Positions 51,321 to 64,000 of a DNA stretch of 64,000 bases are shown piece by piece. Source of the stretch: Lingula anatina (Eukaryota > Animalia > Brachiopoda); NCBI GenBank assembly GCA_051362555.1, contig CM120644.1, positions 12,298,567 to 12,362,566 of the forward strand, read 5' to 3'. How positions within the stretch are numbered: position 1 is the stretch's first letter; each line of letters starts with the position of its first letter. The translations under genes and the position numbers were made by a program. The notes beneath the pieces were generated by a model that worked only from the letters and a program-made list of their open reading frames with translations, did not search any database and was not told the DNA's origin.

Positions 51321-54300
51321 GACAAAGTTGGTATGACCTAATTCTGCGGGTTACTTTTCAATCTCCTGGTGGTCACTCCCATACAAACCATCTTAGGCAT
51401 TATTTTATTGCCATTGCACTTTCCTTCGCTCAGAAACCCTTCACATTTTTGTTGACATGAGATCAATGATTGGACTCGTCATTATTTGGGATTAAAATAC
51501 TTGAAGCAGTCTGCAGTCTGAAGAGCTTTACTTTTAAGTGGACATTGTGTCAAAATGTCAAATCATGACACCTTGACTGTGTCACCGGACATGTGATGGT
51601 AGGGTATTGTAAGATATGATAGTGACATCTTTGATACCACTTATTATTGACCTAGAGTTGTGTTATTATTAGTGAATTATAGAAATAAGTACAGTTGAAT
51701 ACTGTGTGTGTAAGGGGAGAGGAGGGAGCAGTTTATTAACTAAACTTTTCCATTACAGTCATCTGTTGAGTCATTCAACACAGTTGCACTGTCTTAAAGA
51801 AATGCTTGACTTGGGTCTGTTTATAAGGACAGGTTCCCTAACAAGTTGGATGACCTCTTGTCATCACCGACTTTAGGGCAGACCTGATAAAGGGGGGGGG
51901 GGATAAAAAGAACTTCCTTTTTGGCTAGTCCCTCCTTGAATCAAATCCTGATCTAAGTTCTATGACATCTCTCAATTTGGGTCACCTAAGGAGGGGGGGG
52001 GAGGTCCACTTCCTCATAAAAAAGAACACCTGTTTGGAATTGCTAGATACAGTCTTGTCTAGTTTATATTTCTGTGCATCATGGAAACAGGTGACTTGCC
52101 AAAATTCATTGAAGTCTGAATCCAACCAACATTTTAAAATGAGTATAAGGTTTCAACATAGAAATGACAAAAATACCAATGCAACATCATTATAGATGTC
52201 TCATGTGGCAGAACAGCTGTTGCATTCTGTAGTTATTATGAAATAATTGATTCCAGTGAAAAGGGGAAGGTTGATATATCTGCCACAAGTGTCTCTTATT
52301 TAGGTCTTATGTTATTTAAGAGAGCAGCCCTTGACAAGCCCACAGACAATAGTAAATATTCCAAACATGACTGATATGTCATGATAGTAGGTCTATATGA
52401 TACATGTGCATTTGAGAACTCCACATGGCCTTGGATTGAGGAGTTTGTAGTTTGCAGTTTGTAATTGATTCCAGTACGCAAGGATTCTCTGCATTGAATT
52501 ATATTTAATAAATACAGAAAATTTTGTTTCGCCCAGGACTGTTCTTTCAATAGATACCTGGTCCTTAATTAATATATTTAACATCTGGTAATGTGAAATG
52601 TTGAAATATTGTGCAGTGATATGGTAATTAGTGAAAAAACTAAATACAAAGACGAGGCTGAAGTTTTATCATTTACCTATATATATGGCCTGACATGTAT
52701 TGTTCCCCATGACCCTAAGACAAGGCTGATTAATGTGATAGATTATTAATCAATAATCCTATCAGTTTTATGGGTGTATCTATCACAGTTATAGTTTATA
52801 TTTAAACTCTATCAGTGGTTTAAACAAAAAGTTTTTTTCTGCCTGACATCAGGTAGCAAGTGATTGAATATCTCTCCTGCATCACATCATATAATTATAT
52901 TATATCATATCAAAATAATTTTAATATCAGTATCACATAATGAACTGAGGTTGAGATATTATACAAGGGAATTGCAATTAAGTCTCTGTGGCCTTAAGGT
53001 AAGCATGAAAATAAAAACAGCTCCAGACAGTAGCTGTGATGTGATTAAGTCTTAACTAGTCTTAACCTTGGTCAGTCCAGGATATAGTACTCAATAGTTT
53101 ATTATAAACCAAACCCAAATGAAATAATGGATTTTACCTTCAAGTTCTCTCAGCTGTGATAAACTTTTGATAAATTTTAATACAATGTCTTAGAAAAATC
53201 TCATATTTTTATGACATATCTTCTCTACAATGCATAAGTGAGTAACATACCTTATTAATAAATATATCTCATATTAATTCTGCCAACTTGGAGTTATAAT
53301 TGTCCTTGCAACACCTGACAACCTATGGTCATTTATGCTGTTGTGACAAAGGCGAAACTCATCTGTAAAAAATTTGGTTTGGAGGAAGTGATTCTCATCT
53401 TTAGAAACTTCAATAAGGCTGTAGTTTAATTAGTTTATGTTTATACTTTTTTCTCTAAAATGTGTATATTGCAGACAATTATCAAAAGATTCTAAAAAAA
53501 GTACCAAACTATGATCACAAAGATAACAGATATACTTACTGGTAGTTAATTATTGGTAATCAAGTTATAAATACTCATGCAATTTGATGTTACTCATGGT
53601 CCTGGCCTGCTAAGATAAGTTATGATGTACAGCAGATAACAACAGTAATTAATGTAGATGATTCTATCAGATGAGGAAATGGTAATGACCACCGCACCTA
53701 GGCCTTTTACTAACAATTCAAGTTTCTATTTCAGTCTGTATTGCATGCAATTTTTAACATTAAAATATAGCAATATGTGATTGTCATTTTTGCACATTGA
53801 AATATTGGTCATTTTAATAGTCAGCACTGACATCGCGAATGCAATTTTTGATTTATTTAGAATTATCCTACAATTTTTGTCTCAAAATATAATTCAGTTT
53901 TAAAATATCCTAAATGTAAAGAAGACGGGGGTTTAATGCTGACCTTTAATCATTCCAAATTACCCCTAGATCTCTTGATAGAAAATTATTTAAAAGGCAA
54001 TTTATTGTTTGATGAAATGATAAATGTTTTTTTGAATGCACGTGCCTTTTCTCAGTGAAAAGGTGTGTTGTTATTTCCAATAGATTGTCCATAAATTGCT
54101 ATATCAGTTATGCCAGTGTGTCAAATTAAGGCAAATTGGTTACATTTCTCTTACAAAATCATAGACAAAATTAGAATGCTGATCACCCAAATTTTGTACG
54201 TGTAGACCTGTAAAACTTCTTGGAAATTATTTTGTTAAATGCTGTGGAATCTTACTACTGCCCAAACCTAGGAAGAAGAGATTTGGCTAAATGTCTAAAC

Positions 54301-55074
54301 AAAAAAGGAGTTGAACATAAAATTCCTTTACTGTATCGGTTATTGTGGAAAATTTAATGCATTTGTAGCTTTTATTTTACTTATACTACCATTACATTAA
54401 CTGTCCACCAGTTGCCCTCCCTGCTCAACACTTAAAAAAAAGTGTGAAATTGCTAGATTAACTTGAGAATAAGATGTAGATCTCAAGCCTGTTAACAGCA
54501 AGTAACCTTTTATGGTGATAAGACCTCAGAATTTGTTCATGGGAGAAAAGTCATGTCAAGCGAGTGTAAATATTTAAATACCAGCTCCAAAGTTGCAGGG
54601 ATTACAAAGTTCATCTCAGACCGTGCTAAGTTGAGAGTTAAAAAGTTAATGATTAAAATCAACAGTAGAAGGGGGGGGGGGGGGGGTAGAAAAGTTTCTT
54701 ATTCTGTGCTGATTATACCTGAATGAACCTTTGGCAACATCTTTTGTGTATTGCAACTGTAAGTATGCATGTAACTCTTCTTATTTCTGAATTGCCCTGT
54801 GAAAAGTCCTATCTGATTTTGACCTCTGTGCTGAGTTTTCCTATCTGTCAAATATGTCTTCATTACATTAATAAGCTTGATGTCTTCTGTATGTTTCCTT
54901 GACCCTGTGATTTACAGGTTACTGGGAACTGAACCTTCACTGTCAGCAGTGTGAATGTTGCAATTCATTAATCTCTGAAACACACGCAGGACGGTTTCAC
55001 TCTCTTCCTGTGTGAATAGAAATTCAAATGGATTTTATTCTTTATGTAGAGAATAGTGATAATTGCCCCCCCTC

Positions 55075-55077
<3 letters not shown>

Positions 55078-55123
<46 letters not shown>
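55078..55123. repeat. (CA)n microsatellite
   Basis: Direct reading. Confidence 0.95.
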
Positions 55124-55125
<2 letters not shown>

Positions 55126-56669
55126 GTACAGTCTTGCAGAAGTGGTGCTCAATGCTCTTCACAGGTCAGGTTACATGTGCTGCTCTCAACTTTTAATTTG
55201 CATTGGCATAAATAAACATCACAATGTTTTACTTCCCAAGATGACTCCATTAGCTTATAATAGCCACTGGTATCTTGTGATGCTAATACAGCTTGCTAAT
55301 TAGAGTATTGATTCTTCATAGGCTTGCAGCTGGTTATCCATTCAGACATAATTATTGATAAACTGGACCAAGTTGGTTGCAATTAGCTCAAAATGTATAC
55401 ATCTCTTCTGTTGAAATTGGTCTTTCTTCCATTGTCATAGTCACCATAAATATGAAGATAATGAGGACATATGTATTGTAATTTTTTTGTTCTATCCGCG
55501 TCAGTATGCATCATCAGTGCATAGGAAAATGAAATTAGTTCAAAGCATGTGTTAAAACAGTGTGTGTGTCTTTGTGCAATTTATTCAAGGAAATTGAATC
55601 ACAGAAAAGCTGGCAACTATTTCCACAGTAAATAAATTTTTGGCAAATGGTTGTATTTATTATTATACTTAATTAGATGTTTCATATTGATTCCACAATT
55701 AGTTAACCTATGTCTTGTACCTTCATTTCTTGAAAACGTTATTTATAAATCATTATTTTCTCAACATCAGATTGATGAACTTAAGATAATTTATTCATTT
55801 TAGTCATCACGAAAATTTGTCAACAAAATAACTAGATTAAATAACATGTCATTTAGGCCTCTTCCTCAAAAATGGAATGTATAAATTTATAAATATCGAT
55901 TCTTGATCATTTGATGATATATTATATGTACACCTGTATCACCGAGATTACAAACTCTTGCATTGTATAATTCCACTTCTGGGTCTCTTTAGAGTCACTT
56001 GGTAGCCGGTGAGTGCTTGGCAAATAAAGCAGTTTAGGATGAAGTCAGACTGTTGTTAGGTTAAGTACTACGTACTGATAACGCTGAAATGTATTAGGTT
56101 TAAAATCTTGACTTACAATGCAAAACATCCATATGACAATGCAGGTGGTACCTAACGAATGTCATAACAATGTATTTTTGAAGTTAATTTCCATGTTTGA
56201 AATGGAGGTATAAGGGAAAAAACAATGTAATATTTTGTTACTGATGAATTCTTAGTGAAAATGGTCATAGTATGTTGTTTAGGACATCAATTATTGATTG
56301 AGAATTATAGCTGGGAGAAGTATTAAGATTGATACATGGATGACTCAGTTTAAATTCTCAAAATTCTGTAGCAGTTTTTAGTTGGGAAAAATAAGCAAAA
56401 ATGATACAGTTAATAAAAAACCCTTGCATGTAATAGACATAGATGTTTAGTTGTCAGTCTTGTGAATTAGGTATACATGTGGAATTTCGAAACTTTTACT
56501 GATAGGTCTATCTTGGAAAGAGTCTTGCGCAGAATGCTGTCTAATAACACTGATCAAATATTTGAATAAAAAAGTTAGTTACTTTCAGATATGGAAGTGA
56601 AACCACCATATACACAGAAACATCTCTTCATTACATGAAGATTAATCTTGTAGTTCTTGTTATAGAACT

Positions 56670-56975
56670 GACCGGATGGCCTTGTGGTCAGAGTGCCCCC
56701 CTACAAAACGGTAGAATGTGAATTCGACCCCGTCCAGGGATATACAGTACCTTCTTCATAGTTGGTACCCTCTGTCTCCCCACTTGGCACTCAGCACTAA
56801 GGGTTGAAGTTTGTGGACTTGCAGAGAAAGAGATATTGTTTGTTTGCTAGCTTTCCACGCCTTATACGGCATACTAGGCTGTATCCTCCCCCAGGTAAGC
56901 GAGAGCGTAAACGTCCAGATTGTATCAGGGTAAACCATGCTAAGATGCATCAGTGTTGCAGTATATAAGAAGAGA
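56670..56975 (+). mobile_element. tRNA-derived SINE, probably MetaSINE-type
   Basis: Pol III A box TGGCCTTGTGG (56677-56687) and degenerate B box GAATTCGACCCC (56720-56731). The central GGTACC...CTTGGCACTCAGCACTAAGGG resembles the Meta domain as recalled. Length ~300 bp with a short AAGA tail. Confidence 0.7.
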
Positions 56976-58383
56976 ATTTAACTTTTACTTCTTGATCTAT
57001 ATAAGTACTGTACTAGTATACAGAAAGAAAAATACCATGTGATCAAATGCTATATCTTCCATCTTGGCTGAGTCCAGTGGATTAAATTTTATTAATTATG
57101 TAAATTATAGATGTCATGAAACAATGGAATGATAGAGAGTTATACTCAAGTGATCAGATATCCCATGTTACAGTGGAGCTTTAACTCTCTCTCACACACA
57201 CACACATGCACAAAACAAATTTATAAAAAATCTGACAGACAGACAGAAAAGATTTATAACCTAGTAGAATTAGTAGAGAAAAAGGATGAAGAGAAATAGA
57301 AAGTAGAATTAGGAAGCTTCATGGTTTAAATGTGACTCAGACCATACCACAGCAATATTGAAACTGTTTCTTATAGTTCATGAATACTTTATCAATCCAT
57401 GCAATGTCTTTATATTGTATAATTAATTAGCCTTTAGATTGTTGCATATTATGTGTAACATGTTGCTAGAAACTCTGTAAATATTAGATGCATTCTGTGT
57501 TCATAACTGAATGACTTCGTTGGTGATGATTTTGATTTGATGCACGTTGCTCATTTGGGAGTAGACGCGTGCTTGCACATGTGCATGTGTGAGCATGTAT
57601 ATATTATAATCAGGTAGAGCAGTCATTTTTTGGGAATTATTGCATAGTCACTTAAACTACTGACACATTTTAAGGGGCTAGGTATGATTCGCACCAGTCT
57701 CTCCCCCCCCCCCCCCCCTTTCCTCATTTCAGTACAACTTACAAGCAAAAGCCAAAGTAATAGTATATTTATTAAAAATGAATTTTTGGGGGGAGGGGGG
57801 AGGGGTGAATGCTTAGAAATATGCTAGCCTACCCCAGTAGGAATCGTCACAATTTTTCCACTTTGCTGTGAAACATGGGTCACTCTTCCTTCCTACGCAC
57901 TGCCTGTTTCCTCTTACTAACTCTTGACAGATTTAGATTTTTATGTCACTGCGAGGAAATGATGCAAGAAAGGCCAGGGTTTAACATTGTTAACGCAGCC
58001 TGCACAAGAACTTTACTCTTCATACATATGTCAGATCTCTTCAAAATGTACTCAGAATTTTCTGATGTTGTCATTTCCTTTCATTTGCACCTCACTTATG
58101 TGCATCTTAACCCCATGATTCAGAGCTTCAGTTTTGTAAGATTCTTCATATTTTGCCTGCTGTGGGCTAAATCGAGTATTGCTTTTTTTATAGGCATATA
58201 AGGTGAGAATATCAGCAAACAGAAACTTTTTAACCATGTTAATGTTTGTTCTTGTATAAATTTTGCACAGTTTAATGATTATCACTAGACAAATAAGGAT
58301 TATTTAGCAAAGATTTTATTTGGAAGTGAGTGTATGGCTGCAATTCATAGTCCTGAATTTTCATTCTTTTTTAAGGGAGGGAT

Positions 58384-58385
<2 letters not shown>

Positions 58386-58455
<70 letters not shown>
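58386..58455. repeat. Compound (GT)n(GA)n microsatellite
   Basis: Direct reading. Confidence 0.95.
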
Positions 58456-58456
<1 letters not shown>

Positions 58457-59158
58457 ATAAAAAGATAGAGAAAGAGGGTGCAAGTTCTTTCTTTCCCCTG
58501 CAATTAATGTGTCACCAGTTAAAGTTCCATGGAGACACAACAGTGACGGTGTTTATTTGTATAAGTTCTTCTAAATGGCATTGGTCTCTTCACCTAAAAG
58601 CTACTAATGGACCTAACAAAACAGAACAAGCTTTTTGGGTAAAAGAGAACAAGCTTTTTGCTCATCAGTGATGAAAATTGATCTTCAGATGGGAGCTTCT
58701 GTCTAAGATGTTTCCCTTTTTGTCCTATCATGACACAGTGCAAGTTAATCATTTATAGGGACATGTCAAGTTTTCACTCTATTTTCATTGAAATAAGAGT
58801 TGTTTATTCCCTTAACTTGGATGAATCTACCCTTGTTGATTCATCAGTGATCTTCTGGTTGATTGAGTTAACCAGTGAACATTTTTTCTAGTTTAAGGCA
58901 TGGCATATGGATTATCCAATGTTACCAGCCCAAGATTTAAGTTTAAAGATATTTATTATCTTATGAAAGTCTAGCAGATTTATTTTGAAATCTCAATGTT
59001 TGGGTGTTGTATTTTCATGTCTGCATCCTCTATGTTGAGCTGCCCGCCTTTGTTGCTTGCATTTTCAGGGATTTTCATTGTTCACTTTCAATTCTATGCT
59101 TAAATTGTTGTATCTATATCTTTTCAGAAGCATCAAAGGGGTGCCTTTATAGTCCAAG

Positions 59159-59366
59159 ATGCCCCCTCCCCCGCCGCCCCCTCCGGGGCCCCCTCCCCCG
59201 CCAGGGCCCCCACCCCCGCCTTCAGGGGGACCAAAGTTGAAATTAGGCGGCGGAGGCGGTGGTGCTGGTGGTAGAGGCGCACTGCTTAGTTCTATACAGC
59301 AAGGCAAGAAACTGAAGAAGACTGTTACTAATGACAGGAGTGCTCCTGCTTTGGCTGATTCTAAAG
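59159..59366 (+). CDS. WIPF: WIP/verprolin-family (WIPF-like) actin regulator, first coding exon: polyproline + WH2 domain
   Basis: MPPPPPPPPGPPPPPGPPPPP...GRGALLSSIQQGKKLKKTVTNDRSAP is the canonical WIP/Vrp1 N-terminus. Acceptor ttttcAG at 59126-59127, good Kozak context AAGATG, donor AAAG|GTAGGA (phase 1). Confidence 0.9.
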
Positions 59367-59844
59367 GTAGGATATAGGTCATTGTGACCTGATCTTGATA
59401 TATAGGTCATTGTGACCTGTTTTTGATATATAGGTCACAAGTCTATGCTGTATATTTATATATATACTAGTAGAATAAATTTTAGGACATAGTAAAATTA
59501 TAGATAAAAAGATGTGTTTTGGAAATCAAGTAGTAGTAGTATTTGGTATTATGTGGACAGTTGAAATGGATCGAATAATAGTACTATATAAAATTGATTA
59601 GTAAAATGACCCATCTCTTGAATAAAAATGGCATGCATGTAAAAAATCAAAAGTGCTGCTTTGATAACTATAGATCTAACTTGCATGCTGATTTGCAGTA
59701 AAGTTCACAAGTTTGACACTACATACTCTAGTTGGTGTCACTTAACAGCACTGAACACATGGGAGTTTATATATTGGGACATATTTCATCTGTCAAAATG
59801 AATTATGTTTTGTGCTTATGTTATAGAGTATTTCTGGCAATTAA

Positions 59845-60101
59845 AACCCGATTTCCCATAGACACCAGCCGTCTGCAATACATCAATCCAACTCTGCTGT
59901 GACTCTTACCGAGTACAACTTAATTGAATGACATGCCCCTCTTGTTTCCAAGGTACTCATGTAATTGCCAGCTTTTCTGTAGATTCTACTCAACACCAGG
60001 AGGAAGCGTGTCATTAAGTTAAGCTGATTGCACTCAGCAAGAGTCCCCACAAAGTTAAATAGATCTACATAGACTACATAGGTGTCTATGGGAATGTGCC
60101 C
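59845..60101. mobile_element. PIF/Harbinger-like foldback MITE, subfamily B
   Basis: Inverted ends TTCCCATAGACACC / GGTGTCTATGGGAA; flanks TAA/TGA; interior similar to 44736-44962. Confidence 0.78.
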
Positions 60102-60399
60102 TGAGTGACATTTTTATCCGTCAGTTAACATGAAGTAACAGAATACTTTTATAATTATGTAAAGACTTTTTTGTTTCAGGGTTTGAAATATTCCAGTGTA
60201 TGACTTGTTCTGTATGATATCAGAATTATGTTTTTAGAACTACACTTTAGTAGTTGATATGTTCTTTTGCGTGGGAGTTAAAACTAAGATAATATTCTGG
60301 CAAATCTCCCATCATTATGAACATCTTCTCTTGTCTGATTTTCACAGAATGTGATGTTTAAAAATGCATAATATTTCTATTTAATCCCTCTTCACATAG

Positions 60400-60561
60400 G
60401 GCCAAAATCAGGAGGCATAGGCAATAATATAGGTCATATGGGTGGAGCCCCAATGACCCCAAAGGGGGCTTTGAAACCATTTTCAACTGTAGCAAGCCAC
60501 CATAAGCCTGTCAAGCCCCCTGTGCCATGGATGCAGAGAAAGAGCATGGAGGCAGAGGATG
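60400..60561 (+). CDS. WIP-like gene, probable coding exon (GPKSGGIGNNIGHMGGAPMTPKGALKPF...KPVKPPVPWMQRKSMEAED)
   Basis: Acceptor ccctcttcacatAG; 162 nt, phase 1-1, open frame, Gly/Pro-rich; the donor GATG|GTACTG is weak. Confidence 0.7.
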
Positions 60562-62096
60562 GTACTGATGAATTGCTTGTTTTATAGATGGCGCTTTGAA
60601 TTAAGACTGACCCAGTTCTAACTTTCTGTTTTCCAGATACTATCTTCTGTACATACAGCTGATGTTAGTGGTTATAACCCATAGTTCCTCTCTTGTAGTT
60701 CTGCTGATCTTTCGTCTGTAGCTTTAAGAAACCCTATTGCTTCCTGCCCTGAACTGACTATAAATTTCTACTGGCAATAAAATGTCATCACAAAATATCT
60801 TCATGGCTTACTTTGTCAGTAAGTCACCTTTCACTGTGTGGCTGATAACCTAGCTGACTTCTGGTATTGGGCTTCTTTTGATGCTCTGTCAGAATTCACA
60901 TTTAATTGTTTGCTCGAGTTGACAATGGGCAAAGAAAATTTCTGGAAAACAATTGATTTTTTAGGATTCATTTCGTATTTAGGATTATTGGTGTGTTTCT
61001 AGTCAAATTAGGATAACTATAATTGGCATTATTAATCTCAGGTGGTAGTCTGGTGATTACCACCTCGGCATAGGAAGATTATCTGATGGTGTACGAACTT
61101 TGGACCACGCATCAGTGATATTAAAATTTGCCGTCTGTGTCAGGCAGTTAGAATCAGGTCACCTGTTGAGATTGTCCTTTCAACTTGACTGGAATCGTGA
61201 CTTTATTTTTACGTGAAACAAAGACCATTAATCTCTATAAATGATTGCCTAATTCAAGTGCCCGAGACCTGGATTCAACCTTAAATGTGCCTACATAGTG
61301 CAATAATGAGTGAAGTAAAAAGATGCATTTGCATCCATGATAAGAAAGATTCCAAACTCCCAAGAATCCAACTAAAACATAGCAAAAATGTTCCATTTAT
61401 TCATCTCTGTACTTGATAAAATGTGAAGCTTGTATAAAACATATTGTCAGCAAGTTCTCAGCTACAAGGAAGCCCTGTTCAAAACCCACATGCCAAGCTT
61501 TTCAGCTTATTAAAAATTTCACATTTCAGTGCAAAAGCAATAGATTTACATCTCTGCTTCTTTATGTATGCTCTGATGTTTTTATCTCTCTTTTTGCAGA
61601 ATTTTGTGTGTTAGAATGTATAGGCTCACAAATGTCTTTTTCACAGAAGTTTTCAGTTTAATGAACACTTCCACTGGATATGAATCTTTAAGCTTGAAAC
61701 ATTAACAAACATTGAGAAAATTAAGGCACTTATAATCTTGAAGAACTGTAAACTATTTCTTTTTAGACAATTTGCCAAAATAGGTGATCTCATGCCTGCT
61801 TTAAATATATTGTTTATTTCAATATATGTGAATTTACTTTTGTTACATGCTGTTCTATATATTGTTAGCTTTTTTATACTTAAATGTTTTTAGAACTTTA
61901 TACAAACATTTATCTTTTTACACTTATCAGCTATCTTCATTTTCCGTGTAATCTGTGAAGTACATGTCGTGTAACCTTTTAGTACATGTATTTTTTTATT
62001 TCATTTCATTTCTCAAGACGTATATTTTTACATATATTGCTTTATTTACTAGATTTTTACCACTGACTTTCAAGAATTTCCTCCACAAAATTTCAG

Positions 62097-62380
62097 GTGT
62101 AGGATCTCAAAAAAACATAAAAGTGGTATTAAACCCTACGTCTAAACCCCCAACCTCAGAAAAACCTAGCATTCCAGTGAAACCTCCACACATTAGAAAA
62201 CCAAGCACTCCGACGGAGGGTGCGCAACATAATGGGTCCTTTAACACATCCATGAAGACTAATTACAGCGAGAGTGACCTGGCGCGGATGGCTGACTCGG
62301 GATTGTATCCTGGTACCCACAATGCAACAGTTGTAGAGTTTGTGGCGTTTGTGGGCGTGATCTTGTTGAGGAAGCTGTAA
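62097..62380 (+). CDS. WIP-like gene, probable coding exon with PxxP/KP motifs (internal donor possible at 62312, or read-through to TAA at 62378-62380)
   Basis: Acceptor aaatttcAG|GT-GTA-GGA in phase 1; TSKPPTSEKPSIPVKPPHIRKPSTP; possible donor CCTG|GTACCC. Confidence 0.65.
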
Positions 62381-63439
62381 AGGGGACCATAATCAATTGT
62401 GTTGTATTGAAAGATGATTTTGGACGTTATGAAGCAAAAAACAGAACATATGGTTGCAATTTCTTATAGTGTCACTGTCAGTATGTTGTAAACACATACA
62501 TGCTTACATAAATCTGAAAAGAGCATTACATGCATTTATATAGAATTAATATTTTTCCATTAAAAAATGGAAGAACAGCGTAATTTGAATATGGTCCCTT
62601 TTGTAGTTCCATGTCTGCTAATTAAGATGTTCTTTATTTTACCACTATTTCAGTTTTAATTTCTATTTCCCAGTTTGCAAAAATGCAGTCCTGCATGCCA
62701 GTATACTTTGTTGTTATATTTATCTTTATTTCCAACTTTATTTTTGAATGCCAAGTGTATTATACAGTGAATGAGGTATTAAGTGGTGTTCTGTAGTTTG
62801 CAGTGGCAGTGGAATTAGGCTTAATTTTCAGTCGTCGTATTGTAGAGTTTATTGGTGATTCATTGGATGCATTGTGTCTCATCAGATATCACTGTGTTTG
62901 ATGAAGTAACTACTTGTGGGCTATAAATTATATCAGATGTAACATAAAAGACAAAAAAAGGCTGCACAAAAAGTATGTAGAAAATTGATTCTGTCCATGA
63001 AGATACTTAACTGGCCAATCTAAAGGTATTCTGCCCAAAGAGGTGTGATACGGGTTCCTGTAGCATTTTGTAGTCACAGTGCATTTCAAAATATTTTTAA
63101 AATGATGGATATGTGGCACATCAACCTTTAGATCAAACATCAGATTAATATACAGCACAATGCATGGCTTTCTCAACTGATGCATTCACATTGTCCTTCA
63201 GCAATTGTAAACTGTAATGAGTTGCCAGAGTATGAATTACCTGCTGGGTTTATGATTGGTTTATCTTTGACAATTAAATTCAGTCAAGTGGATTTGAACT
63301 AAATTAGTACGGCCCATCCCAGCTGGACTGCAGTTTACAATAAGTTCATCAAAGACTGTCACCGTAAATGTAATCACATGCTCTATATGTATTATTGCTC
63401 TTTAGTACCACAGAAATAGAGGAAAGTTTCTTACTGTTA

Positions 63440-63679
63440 GACACCACTCCCATAGACACCACCAATCTACATAGATCCAACTCTGTGGGGACTCGCGGAG
63501 TGCAATCAGCTTAATTGAATGACACACCAACTCTTGTTTCCAACCTGCTTGCAATAATCACCAAATTTTCTGTATTTAACTTAATACCAAGAGGAGGCAT
63601 GCCCTTGCATTCAGCCAGAGTTCCTGCAATTTGGATCGCTCTACGTAGAGTCGTAGACCGTTTCAATTGATATGTGCCC
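63440..63679. mobile_element. PIF/Harbinger-like foldback MITE, subfamily B, diverged
   Basis: CTCCCATAGACACC start and ATGTGCCC end; GATCCAACTCTGTGGGGACTC and CTCTTGTTTCCAA blocks shared with 59845-60101. Confidence 0.7.
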
Positions 63680-63936
63680 TATGATTGGCTTCCTCTTTGA
63701 TGATGTGATGGGTAATATCAAGTTGGGCAGATCCAAATTATCTGGAAACACGGCAGCAGTAGACAATTAAACCCCTTTTTAAGAATATCGAGAATCAATT
63801 TTTTAATTAATAAATACTAAAATATTGGTTGCATTTGTTATTCCAGATTTGAAGAAGAAAATGAAGTGCTTATTATAAGTTAACATGACATATTTTTTAT
63901 GATTTTTTTTTTTTTTTTTTTCATTTTCCATTTTAG

Positions 63937-63974
63937 ATGGTGGGCCTCGTGATGCACAGAATTTTGTTCAATGA
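63937..63974 (+). CDS. Candidate short terminal exon of the WIP-like gene (DGGPRDAQNFVQ* in phase 1)
   Basis: Very strong acceptor (T)n-cattttccattttAG. The reading frame is uncertain and the window ends just after. Confidence 0.35.
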
Positions 63975-64000
63975 AATGCTTTTCAGAATTTGGCTTTGCT

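Noticed and set aside
56670-56745. Functional tRNA gene
   Set aside because: The B box is degenerate, there is no clean cloverleaf or T-run terminator, and the sequence continues into a SINE body.
17085-57720. Long G/C homopolymer runs as functional G-quadruplex elements
   Set aside because: Many sit inside decayed MITE remnants, and homopolymer lengths are unreliable in assemblies.
59004-59382. Overlapping ORFs 59004-59240 (+) and 59065-59382 (-)
   Set aside because: Shadows of the GC-rich polyproline/glycine WIP exon.

Overview
AT-rich metazoan genomic DNA with spliceosomal introns. A lophotrochozoan, probably molluscan, origin is inferred from the repeat types and not proven. Two genes lie head-to-head. 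(1) Minus strand: an orphan class A (rhodopsin-like) GPCR with HKY replacing DRY, no D3.32 and no opsin Lys7.43. Its core is exon 23226-22324 (N-term to ECL3) plus exon 19710-19581 (TM7/helix 8), and probable non-coding 5' exons reach back to about 47-51 kb. The TM7 exon ends in a phase-1 donor. It is followed over 17 kb by phase-1-compatible exons that each carry their own stop (14510-13732, 12926-12754, 3578-2410, plus weaker short candidates and 33/36-nt symmetric micro-exons), so one receptor core may be fitted with several interchangeable cytoplasmic tails. This is the most notable observation. (2) Plus strand: the 5' part of a WIP/verprolin-type gene (polyproline + WH2), with exons at about 51.2-51.3, 59.1-59.4, 60.4-60.6, 62.1-62.3 kb and possibly 63.9 kb. 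The introns hold many non-autonomous elements: HINE/Helentron-like elements with 160-bp arrays, a PIF/Harbinger-like foldback MITE family with TWA target duplications, a 2.7-kb CCCAG-ended element with subterminal repeat arrays, CAGGGGCGG-ended MITEs and a tRNA-headed SINE. There are also local duplications, a 159-bp palindrome and microsatellites. No prokaryotic features, CRISPR arrays, rRNA or genuine tRNA were seen.
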